From positions 3,680,001-3,744,000 of the forward strand of contig OZ245015.1 of NCBI GenBank assembly GCA_965223705.1: a stretch of DNA of 64,000 bases. Direction: 5' to 3'. Below, piece by piece: positions 27,375 through 35,680 of the stretch. The notes under the pieces were generated by a model that was not told the DNA's origin, ran no database searches, and was given only the letters and a program-made list of their open reading frames with translations. Made by a program: the position numbers and the translations under genes. This DNA comes from Myxococcota bacterium. Lineage in GTDB: Bacteria > Myxococcota_A > UBA9160 > UBA6930. Every line of letters starts with the position of its first letter. Position 1 is the stretch's first letter.

Positions 27375-28556
27375 TCAGCTCTTCTTCAGTCGGGGAAATG
27401 CGGAAAGAACCATCTCCACAAGCCGGTCCGTCGGCCGGGTCAGCGCGTCGGTCACGGGTATGCCCAGCTCGCGTTCATACTGCTCGATCGATGTCGAGAC
27501 GTCAGCCTGGCTCATGTTTTCGTGGTTGATCGTGAGGCCGATCACCCGCGTCGCGGCGAAGGTCTCGATCAGGTTGATCTCGGTTTTGGGGATGGGCATT
27601 GGCATTCGTTCGAAATCACAGCGATGAGAGCGACGTGGTGCGTGTTGCAAAACGACGCCGTCGGGAGTGCTTCCCCTGAGTATGAACGACGTCGTAGAGT
27701 AAGCGGGGTGGCTGAGTGCTCCCTGCCCTTCGATGATCATGACGTCCGGGCTCTCTCTTTCGAACGCGTCAACGATCGTCGCCTCCAGTTCACCGGCGCA
27801 AAACTGAGAGGGCACAGCGTCGAGGGCGAGACCGTAGCGAGCCCCTTGCATCAACCCGGTTTGTCCGGTCCCCACCATCACGGCCCGCAAGCCCTGTTCA
27901 TTTAGCGCTTGCGTCAGAATCGAGGCGGTCGTGCGTTTTCCGATCGCACAATCGGTCCCGAGCACGGCGATACGAGGACAGGTAACGCGAGAGATATGGC
28001 CGCTGAATGTTCGAAGATCTTTCTTGGCGCGAGGTTTCCGAACGTCCAGCATCTCGACGTCGCTCACCACGCTCGCCCTCACGAACTCCGGGTCGTCATT
28101 CAGAAACTCGTGAAGACCGTTGACGATATTCATACCTAGGCTTATGGCCTCGAGCACGATTCGGCGCTCCTGCTGAGACAGCATGCCGCTCGCAGGTGCC
28201 ATACCGAAGATGAAGTAGTCGGGCACGCCTCCGGCGTGCTCCAGCGAGTGCGCGAGGTTTCGGCAGATCGGAATCGCGTTCGGCTTTTTGTCGAGCACCT
28301 CGCCAGAGTCCAAACCGGTTTGTTCGCTGTCGATCACCGACAGAATTTTGTACTTCTCGGAGTGACGAACGAGCCCGTTCGCTGTTTTCCCGTCGATCGC
28401 TCCGAAGTTCCCCTCGCAGTAAACAATGGCCGTTTCAGACCGCGTCGGTTTTCGACGCATAGGGGGCGTTTCGGGATTCGTGTCTGCCAGACCGCGCAGT
28501 TGTGCAGACTCGCTGGGGGAGCGGGCGCTCCGAGGGAATAGACGGATTACGGACAA
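27375..28556 (-). CDS. DUF1611 family P-loop protein (DgcN-like)
   Basis: GKTANGL, GTDCAIGKRTT, TGQTG, EGQG; probable TTG start at 28556 after AGGAG. Confidence 0.9.
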   Translation of the reverse strand: MSVIRLFPRSARSPSESAQLRGLADTNPETPPMRRKPTRSETAIVYCEGNFGAIDGKTANGLVRHSEKYKILSVIDSEQTGLDSGEVLDKKPNAIPICRNLAHSLEHAGGVPDYFIFGMAPASGMLSQQERRIVLEAISLGMNIVNGLHEFLNDDPEFVRASVVSDVEMLDVRKPRAKKDLRTFSGHISRVTCPRIAVLGTDCAIGKRTTASILTQALNEQGLRAVMVGTGQTGLMQGARYGLALDAVPSQFCAGELEATIVDAFERESPDVMIIEGQGALSHPAYSTTSFILRGSTPDGVVLQHAPRRSHRCDFERMPMPIPKTEINLIETFAATRVIGLTINHENMSQADVSTSIEQYERELGIPVTDALTRPTDRLVEMVLSAFPRLKKS

Positions 28557-28582
28557 TGAATCTCCTGGTGGAATCTCGACAC

Positions 28583-28996
28583 TCATGACGAGTTTCGTGA
28601 GCGGAGGAAGGCCAAGTACTTAAGGAGCTCTTCCTCCTCTTCGGCGGTGAGGTCGTCAATCGCGAACGCGGCGAGCCTCCTGCGCCGTCCACCCGTTTTC
28701 TCGGGCTGAAGCAGATACCCTGCTTTTTCCATCAGCGTTTCGTAAGGCACGCCATAAACGCCGGACAGACTGTGCAGGACATGCGGAGAGGGCTTCCTGA
28801 TCCTGCCGTTTTCAAGTTGGCTCAGATACGCGTTCGAAACGGCCATCCCCGTCGCTTCTTCAACTTCTCGCAACGAAAGGCCTTTGGCTTTCCGCAGATC
28901 TGCCAGGGTCGTCCCGAGCTCGCTGGGATGACCCACGAAACCGGAGGCACGTCGCCCGGATTTCTTGTTTTGACTTCCCTCTGCCCGCTTCGCCAC
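28583..28996 (-). CDS. XRE-family HTH regulator (start uncertain)
   Basis: LRKAKGLSLREVEEATG..VSNAYLSQLENG..KPSP; tail LTAEEEEELLKYLAFLRS. Confidence 0.88.
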   Translation of the reverse strand: MAKRAEGSQNKKSGRRASGFVGHPSELGTTLADLRKAKGLSLREVEEATGMAVSNAYLSQLENGRIRKPSPHVLHSLSGVYGVPYETLMEKAGYLLQPEKTGGRRRRLAAFAIDDLTAEEEEELLKYLAFLRSRNSS

Positions 28997-29031
28997 GCGC
29001 CCCGCCCCTACTCTGACAACTTCGCACAAAC

Positions 29032-29092
29032 TGCTTGGCATATCAAGCAATATGCATGACAGCATTTCATATTTATCATTGCGTGGTATAAT
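29032..29092. promoter_or_regulatory. AT-rich control region: palindrome plus extended -10 facing away from XRE gene
   Basis: TGCTTG-N6-CAAGCA 29032-29049; TGGTATAAT 29084-29092 on plus strand. Confidence 0.5.
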
Positions 29093-29347
29093 TAGCAGAA
29101 TGAAAACAAGGGCGAACCGCCCCCACAACCCCCGGCCGACTCAGGGCTTACGAGAGTAATTGCCGATGCACGACGCGTTTAGCAGTAGCATGCGGCGATT
29201 GTCGGTGTGGCTTCGCGCAGCGATAGCGCGACGTCGCACAGCCGCCGAACGCGCGCGCTTTTGGAGTGAAGTGCGCAGCGGAGAATGTGAAGCGAAATCC
29301 CGGTCCCGTGCCCTCGACGGGCCCGACACCGCGGAAGCCCCGCCCCC

Positions 29348-29490
29348 CTAGTGCGTCGCCTCCCACGTCTCCCAATAAGTTCGCTCGCGTCCGGGGATGC
29401 GCTTTCCGGGCTTGAAGTCATCGTCTGCGAAGTAGGCGACCGGCAGCAGCGCTCCCTGAGTGATGTGATCCGGGATATTGAGGAGACCCG
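29348..29490 (-). pseudogene. Nitroreductase C-terminal fragment
   Basis: LLNIPDHITQGALLPVAYFADDDFKPGKRIP..ERTYWETW; N-terminal part missing. Confidence 0.55.
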
Positions 29491-29604
29491 CAATGCCCAA
29501 GGAACTGATGCTTTTCGCATTCGATATGAATTGCCCCAATCGATGGGGCGGGCCAGCGCATGATGGCGTCGCCGTGGCGCTTGAGGTCCGCTAGGTCGAA
29601 GACA

Positions 29605-29855
29605 GCGACGCCAATAAAGTGCGAGCGACCCTTCCAGTCGACACGGGTTTGATCAACCAGGCGCTCATAGGCCTCATGAACAAGTGCGGTGGGTTGAAGG
29701 GTGTGATGCGCTCGCTCGCCGTTCAGGGAACCCTTCGCCAGCCGGCGAAGCTCGTCATAGACGGCGGGGAGTAAATACTCTGGGATGTTCGGCTCGCTCC
29801 CCACTGAGCTGAGTGTTGCCAGAGTCTCCGTGATTTGGGATCGGAGCTCGTCCAC
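29605..29855 (-). pseudogene. Truncated ECF sigma factor (TIGR02999-like), region 2 only
   Basis: LLPAVYDELRRLA...HTLQPTALVHEAYERLVDQ..WKGRSHFIGVA then unrelated sequence. Confidence 0.8.
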
Positions 29856-29903
29856 TGACGTACCATGCGACGAGGAGAGCCGAAGAGCAACCGTCCCCCG
29901 AGG

Positions 29904-29996
29904 TTGTGAGTCCCGTGTGAGTCCCGGCTATTTTCGAGTTCGGAAAACCCAACAATTCCGGATACTTAGTGGTGGAGGCGGCGGGAATCGAACCCG
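29904..29996 (-). repeat. att-like repeat copy 3 (ssrA 3' end plus downstream arm)
   Basis: Identical to 7220-7308 over 89 bp. Confidence 0.92.
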
Positions 29997-30336
29997 CGTC
30001 CGCATGGCTTCGGACTGCCGCGTCTACGTGCGTAGGTTTCGCTCGATCTCGATCACACCAGTCGCGATGCCAGGAGAAGTGCGATCCAGGTCGACGTGTG
30101 TCTCGCCCCCGGATGCGGCCGACCAACGGCCGGGGGCACAGTCTCCTGAATGACGCCCGCGGTCCCCTAGGAGACGTCAGGGACGGGCGTCGCTGGCTTA
30201 GCTTCTAACTAAGCAGCGAGTGCGTAGTTGTCGTCGGCAGTTATCAGCTACCAACATGCCACCTGTTTAACGAGGGTTGTGACGACCTCGGCACGCAGCG
30301 ATAGCCTTCGACCACCCGTCGAAGCCGATCGCCCCC
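29970..30336 (-). ncRNA. ssrA: tmRNA; tag peptide ADDNYALAA* at 30238-30209
   Basis: 5' GGGGGCGATCGGCTTCGAC; 3' GCGGGTTCGATTCCCGCCGCCTCCACCA; ATAACT-GCC resume context; ~367 nt; TAGACT -10 upstream. Confidence 0.97.
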
Positions 30337-30471
30337 ATACCTAAAAGTCTATGTACGGCGGGGGGTTATGCAACCCGCAGCTCCCCCTTGGGGATGAATG
30401 CCTCCTTTACGGGAGCGAGTCGGCCCCCATAGAATGGAGATGCCTCCCACCTCCCAATCGGAAGGAGCCCG

Positions 30472-31602
30472 ATGTCCCTCGTCGTCGACGCCGATGGTCA
30501 CGTCCTGGAGCCCCGCAACACCTGGCTCGACTACATCGAGCCGCGCTTTCGCGACCGCGCGATTCGCATCGAGCGCGATGCAAACGACGAGGAAAACCTG
30601 CTCATCGACGGGAAACCCCTCGAAGTGGTGCGCGGGCGGTTGGCGGCGCTCGGCGGCATCGAGATGGACCCGAGCGATGCACTTACGACGGGCAAGTACG
30701 CCTACGAGGACGGCTGTCCGAAAGGCAGCTTCGATCCGGCGGCGCGACTCGAGGTGATGGATGCGGAGGGGATCGACGTCGCGCTCCTCTACCCGACGAT
30801 CGGCATCTGCTGGGAGGGGCACACCCAGGACGCCGCGTTGGCTCACGCGTACACCGAGGCGTACAACCGCTGGATCGTCGATTTCTGCAGCCATGACCCG
30901 AAGCGCCTGGTTCCGATCGCGCACATCAACTTGCTCGACGGTGAGCTCGCGGTCGCCGAGCTCGAGCGCGCACACGCCGCGGGGTGTCGCGGCATCTATC
31001 TCTCGCCCGACATGTTCGCGAGAGCCCGCAAGCGCTTCGACGATGAATCGCTCGATCGCTTCTGGGCCACGGCGCAAGAGATGGAACTTCCAGTGGGCTT
31101 TCACGTCGTGGTCCGCGATCAACCGACGACGAGCTACTTCGATCCTTTCGAAGCGGACAGTCCGCGCTTCGGTCTCTTCAACTTTGCCTTCCTCGCTATC
31201 GATGTGATGGCGGGCTTTACGGAGCTTCTTTCGCTGGGCGTGCTCGAGAAGTTCCCGCGCCTCAAGATCTCGGTGCTCGAGACGGGAGCGAACTGGATCT
31301 CCGCTTGGCTCGACCGCCTCGATCACAAGTTCGAAGTCATGCACGCATCGACGATCTTGACGATGAAACCGTCGGACTATTTCCGGCGGCAATGCCTGGT
31401 CTCCGCCGACCCCGACGAATCGCTCACCGCGGACGTCGTCCGCCACGTGGGCGCGGAGTACTTCATCTGGGCGTCGGACTACCCGCACATCGACGCGTCG
31501 ATGGGCGTCGTGAAGGAGCTCCGCGAGCGCATCGCGCCGCTCCCCGAGGACATGCAGCGGCTCGTGCTGGGCGACAACGCGGTGCGCTTCTACGTCCTGT
31601 AG
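30472..31602 (+). CDS. Amidohydrolase family 2 protein
   Basis: DADGH, MDAEGID..LYPT, AYNRW, GFH, LETG, WASDYPH. Confidence 0.92.
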   Translation: MSLVVDADGHVLEPRNTWLDYIEPRFRDRAIRIERDANDEENLLIDGKPLEVVRGRLAALGGIEMDPSDALTTGKYAYEDGCPKGSFDPAARLEVMDAEGIDVALLYPTIGICWEGHTQDAALAHAYTEAYNRWIVDFCSHDPKRLVPIAHINLLDGELAVAELERAHAAGCRGIYLSPDMFARARKRFDDESLDRFWATAQEMELPVGFHVVVRDQPTTSYFDPFEADSPRFGLFNFAFLAIDVMAGFTELLSLGVLEKFPRLKISVLETGANWISAWLDRLDHKFEVMHASTILTMKPSDYFRRQCLVSADPDESLTADVVRHVGAEYFIWASDYPHIDASMGVVKELRERIAPLPEDMQRLVLGDNAVRFYVL

Positions 31603-31657
31603 GCTCGCGTCGCCTCCGAGAACGTGAGACAATCTCGGCACATAAAGCGAGGTGGCC

Positions 31658-32446
31658 ATGACACTGAAGTGGACACAGGAAACGGTCCGGGTCGGAGATG
31701 CCGACCTCGTCGTCGAACGCGCGGGTAGCGGCGCCCCCCTGCTGCTCCTCCACGAAGAGCTGGGGTGCCCGGGCACGACGCGCTGGCAGGAAGAGATGGC
31801 CAAGAGCCACACGCTCCTGCAGGTGCACCACCCGGGCTTCAGCCGAACCGAGCGCGTCCCGTGGATCGAATCGATGCGCGACCTGGCTTGCTTCTACGCG
31901 TGGTACCTCCGCGGCCAGGGCCTCGCGCCGGTCGACGTCCTCGGCTTCTCCTTCGGCGGGTGGGTTGCCGCCGAGATGGCGGTCAACGATCCGTCGCTGT
32001 TTTCGCGCATGGCCCTGGTCGGGGCCGCGGGCATCCAGCCCCCGGCCGGCGAGATCTTCGATCTCTTCATGGTCACGGCCGACGACTACCTGCGAAAGAC
32101 CGTAATCGAACCGACTGCGACGGAAGAGTTCGGCGCGCTCTACGGGATCGAGCAGAGCCCGGAGCAGTACGAGGCTTTCGAAGACGCGCGCGCAGAGACC
32201 GCGCGGCTCGCCTGGAAGCCGTACATGTTCAACCGCAGCCTGCCGAACCTGCTCGAAGCCGTGACCGATCTTCCGACGCTTCTCATCTGGGGAGAACAAG
32301 ACGCGATCGTCCCGCGGAGCGTCGGCGAGGCGTACCGAGCCGCCATCGCCGGATCGGAGCTCGAAGTCATTCCGAACGCCGGGCACCGCCCCGAAATCGA
32401 GAATTCCGAAGCCTTCTTGAGCGCCCTCAAGAGCTTCCTGGCCTAG
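31658..32446 (+). CDS. Alpha/beta hydrolase
   Basis: GFSFGG, WGEQD, AGHRP. Confidence 0.9.
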   Translation: MTLKWTQETVRVGDADLVVERAGSGAPLLLLHEELGCPGTTRWQEEMAKSHTLLQVHHPGFSRTERVPWIESMRDLACFYAWYLRGQGLAPVDVLGFSFGGWVAAEMAVNDPSLFSRMALVGAAGIQPPAGEIFDLFMVTADDYLRKTVIEPTATEEFGALYGIEQSPEQYEAFEDARAETARLAWKPYMFNRSLPNLLEAVTDLPTLLIWGEQDAIVPRSVGEAYRAAIAGSELEVIPNAGHRPEIENSEAFLSALKSFLA

Positions 32447-32467
32447 TCGCCGAGAAAGGGAACCAAC

Positions 32468-33787
32468 ATGTTTATCTCCTGGTTTACCGAACGCGCCTAT
32501 CACTACGAAGACGCTGAGAAGAATCGCGTTCTCGAGAACGAGGTCCTCCGCAAGCAGAGCTTCTTCGGAACGCCGAACGAGTTCTTCGACCGCAAACACG
32601 CGTCGGACATGCTGAACATGTATATCGACGAGAAGGTTTGGTCCGAGCAGGAGCTCGACGGCTTCGACGGCGTGATGTTGAACGAGCACCACGCGACGCC
32701 CTTCTGCCTGGGCTCCGTGATGGACGTCGAAGCCTCGATCCTGGCCAAGATGACCCATCGCTACCGGATTGCGCTCCTCGGCAACCCGATCCCCACCGTG
32801 CACAGCCCCATTCGCTTGGCCGAAGAGCTCGCGATGATCGACTTGATCTCCGGGGGCCGCCTCATTCCCGGCTGGGTGCGCGGCGCGGGCTGTGAACAAA
32901 TCGCGAACGGCGCGAACCCGGCCTACAACCGGGAGCTCTTCGAGGAAGGCCACGATCTCATCATCAAGGCCTGGACCGACGACGGTCCGTTCCGCTGGGA
33001 GGGCAAGCACTATCACTACCGCCACGTGAACCCGTGGGCGAAGCCGCTCCAAGAGCCGCATCCGCCGATCTGGATCCCGGGCCTGGTGAGCCCCGACACC
33101 GCGAGGTGGTGCGCCGAGAAGAAGTACCCCTACGTGGCGCTCGCCACCTACCCCGAACCCACCGCGGAGCTGTGGAACATCTACGCGGAACAAGCGGCAA
33201 AGGGTGGCTGGCAAGCCGGCTCCGAAAACTTCGGTTACTTGCAGCCGATCTTCGTGGGAGAGACGCAGGAGAAAGCCGAGGAAATGGGCAAGCGCTTCCT
33301 CTTCGGCGGTCACTTCGCGCACTTCGCACGGCCCGAGTGGATGTTCCCGCCCGGCTACAACTCGAAGGAGGCGACGGCGCGCCTGGCGCGACAGTTCGCG
33401 AACCCGAATCTCCCGGGTCGCACCATGGGCGCCGACTGGGCCGACGAAAAAGACGTCGAGAAGATCCGTAAGCGCATCTACGACCGATTCGACGCCGCCC
33501 AGGAAGACGGCCAGATGATCGCCGGCACGCCGGAATACGTCATTCCCCGCGTGAAGAAGGTGATGGACGTGTTGCGCCCCGGCATCTTCTCTTTCTGGAT
33601 CGACGGTCCGGTCCCGCCGGCGGAGCGAAGGACGTGTTTGCGGCTGCTGTCGGAGGAAGTCATTCCCGCGCTGCGCGAATACGGGAAAGAGCTCGGCTTG
33701 CGCTCGCCCTTCGACAAGGCGCCGGGGAGCACGCCGCTGAATTCCAGTGGTATCCCGGAGCCCGTCGCCTTCGCCGAGCAGTACTAA
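32468..33787 (+). CDS. LLM-class flavin-dependent oxidoreductase
   Basis: GFDGVMLNEHH, PIRLAEELAMID.ISGGR, PLQEPHPPIW. Confidence 0.92.
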   Translation: MFISWFTERAYHYEDAEKNRVLENEVLRKQSFFGTPNEFFDRKHASDMLNMYIDEKVWSEQELDGFDGVMLNEHHATPFCLGSVMDVEASILAKMTHRYRIALLGNPIPTVHSPIRLAEELAMIDLISGGRLIPGWVRGAGCEQIANGANPAYNRELFEEGHDLIIKAWTDDGPFRWEGKHYHYRHVNPWAKPLQEPHPPIWIPGLVSPDTARWCAEKKYPYVALATYPEPTAELWNIYAEQAAKGGWQAGSENFGYLQPIFVGETQEKAEEMGKRFLFGGHFAHFARPEWMFPPGYNSKEATARLARQFANPNLPGRTMGADWADEKDVEKIRKRIYDRFDAAQEDGQMIAGTPEYVIPRVKKVMDVLRPGIFSFWIDGPVPPAERRTCLRLLSEEVIPALREYGKELGLRSPFDKAPGSTPLNSSGIPEPVAFAEQY

Positions 33788-33799
33788 GCGCGCACCGCC

Positions 33800-34510
33800 G
33801 TGCAAATCTCGGGGCCCGAAGGGCAACCGACGTGCGACGAGTTCGAGCTGCTCACGTCGTTGCTTCCGCTCGACGGTGCAGAGGTGTTGGAGCTCGGCTG
33901 CGGAGCCGCGGAGAAAACCCGGGCCATCGCGGAGAAGACAGGGGTCGCGCGCGTCGTCGCGGCCGAGGTCGACGCGATCCAGCACGCGAAAAACCTCGAG
34001 CGGACGGATCTACCGACCGTCGAGTTCGCGGCTTTTGGGGCGGAAGCGATCGAAGCACCGGATGACACGTTCGATATCGTGCTCCTGTTCAAGTCGCTAC
34101 ATCACGTGCCCGTCGCCTCTATGGACGCGGCTTTGCGGGAGATCGCCCGCGTTCTGAGACCCGGCGGTCTCGCCTACATCTCCGAGCCGGTCTTCGCGGG
34201 AGACTTCAACGAAGTAATTCGGCTCTTCCATGACGAGTCGACCGTGCGAAGCGCGGCGTTTGCGGCGGAAGTCAAAGCGGTCGAAGACGGTGCCCTCGAA
34301 CTCGAAGAGCAGCGGTTCTTTTACACGCGCATGCGCATGGAGAGCTTCGAGCATTTCGAAGAATCCATGATTGGCGCGACTCATACCGAGCACCGCGTGT
34401 CTCCAGAAGTTCTCTTAGAAGTGCGCAAGCGATTTGAAAGGAACGCGGGTCCCGAGGGCTACGTCTTCCACGTTCCCATTCGGGTCGACCTGATGCGGAA
34501 GCCCAGGTGA
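33800..34510 (+). CDS. Class I SAM-dependent methyltransferase
   Basis: VLELGCG, FDIV, SLHHV, LRPGG. Confidence 0.9.
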   Translation: MQISGPEGQPTCDEFELLTSLLPLDGAEVLELGCGAAEKTRAIAEKTGVARVVAAEVDAIQHAKNLERTDLPTVEFAAFGAEAIEAPDDTFDIVLLFKSLHHVPVASMDAALREIARVLRPGGLAYISEPVFAGDFNEVIRLFHDESTVRSAAFAAEVKAVEDGALELEEQRFFYTRMRMESFEHFEESMIGATHTEHRVSPEVLLEVRKRFERNAGPEGYVFHVPIRVDLMRKPR

Positions 34511-34528
34511 AAGGATATTGAGACCCGC

Positions 34529-35680
34529 TTACGTGTTCTCAGCCGCGGTCTGAAGCCAACCCTCCCACTCTTCCGGAAACGCGGCTTCGAGATCGCGCCG
34601 CACCTCTCCATCCCGAAGCGCTTCGATCGCGAGATGTGCCGCGGCCACCGCTCCGATCGCGTTTTTGATCGGCAGAGCCGGCATTTCATGGTGGCTTGCG
34701 ACGGCCTCGACCAACGTGGACGGCAGCCCCCACAGCTCGAGCAGCGACGCTCCGACGCTCGCGTGGTCGGCGCCGAACACGCGGGCTTCGTCGTTCCGGC
34801 TGTTCGCCAACCGAATCTCTTTGATGTTGTCCGACCCGTTGGCGGCGAGGGCCAGCCAACCCACGTCGTGAAGAATACCGCCGGCGAAAGCGGTCAAGAA
34901 CTCGCCGCGCTCGGCCTGAACGCACTCGCGTGCGAGTGCGGCGGCGACTTGCCCGACGGCCCTGCTGTGTCGCGTGATCTCTGCGGCCAAGGCTTTGGTC
35001 TCCATCGATCCCCCCGCGGCCGCCAGCTGAAGGCCGTCGCAGAGAGCAATCGACTTGATCGCCTTGGTACCGAGGAACGCCACCGCATCGCGAACCGCGA
35101 CGATCGTTTGCGGCACCCCGAAGTAGGCCGAATTGACGATCTGCAGAAGCTTCGCGCTGAGAGAGGGGTCGATTTCGACGGCGTCAGCGACCGCTTTGAA
35201 GACATCCTCGGCCGCGAACTCCGCCTGGGTCACCGCCTGGTACGACGCCCCGGTCGACGGAAGTGACGAGATCGCGCCGATGTGGTTTCGAACGCGTCCC
35301 TCGCCCAAACGGCTGAGCGCTCGTTCGAACGCTTCCAAGGTCGCGAACAGAACCTCGCGCGGGCACGGCTTCATCAACCAACGGTGAGCCGAAACCACAC
35401 CGCGATGCGCTTCGTCGGAATCGTCCATACCGGTCAGCACGACGCGCAGCATGTGGGGATGCTCTCGCTGCAACCGTTCGAGAAGGTCGGAGCCGCTCAT
35501 CCCAGCCATGCGAATTTCGGAGATGATGATGTCAAACACCGGCTCGGACGCGATCTTCGAGAGGGCCTCATTCGCGTTTGCCGCGAGGTCGAGCTCCCAT
35601 TGCCCTCGCTTTCGACGAAAGGCGAGTCGGTAGCCTTCGCGGACCTGCGCTTCGTCGTCCACCACGAGGACCCGCATCAT
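34529..35680 (-). CDS. REC-HDOD response regulator (receiver Asp replaced by Glu)
   Basis: VLVVDDE; IISEIRM; LPS, DPSLSAKLLQIVNSAYFG, GILHDVG, HA.VG..L..WGLP. Confidence 0.92.
   Translation of the reverse strand: MMRVLVVDDEAQVREGYRLAFRRKRGQWELDLAANANEALSKIASEPVFDIIISEIRMAGMSGSDLLERLQREHPHMLRVVLTGMDDSDEAHRGVVSAHRWLMKPCPREVLFATLEAFERALSRLGEGRVRNHIGAISSLPSTGASYQAVTQAEFAAEDVFKAVADAVEIDPSLSAKLLQIVNSAYFGVPQTIVAVRDAVAFLGTKAIKSIALCDGLQLAAAGGSMETKALAAEITRHSRAVGQVAAALARECVQAERGEFLTAFAGGILHDVGWLALAANGSDNIKEIRLANSRNDEARVFGADHASVGASLLELWGLPSTLVEAVASHHEMPALPIKNAIGAVAAAHLAIEALRDGEVRRDLEAAFPEEWEGWLQTAAENT

Larger units (their letters stand above)
15713..29969. mobile_element. Genomic island B (~14.3 kb) directly downstream of ssrA, no integrase seen
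   Basis: Bounded by ssrA 3' end and its displaced copy; arm repeats inside both ends; pseudogene scraps at both ends. Confidence 0.75.

Noticed and set aside
29130..29345. Possible integron attC or MITE
   Set aside because: No convincing RYYYAAC...GTTRRRY pairing or terminal inverted repeats
31463..33985. 840-aa minus-strand ORF
   Set aside because: Antisense shadow of the hydrolase and LLM genes, typical of high-GC DNA; no motifs
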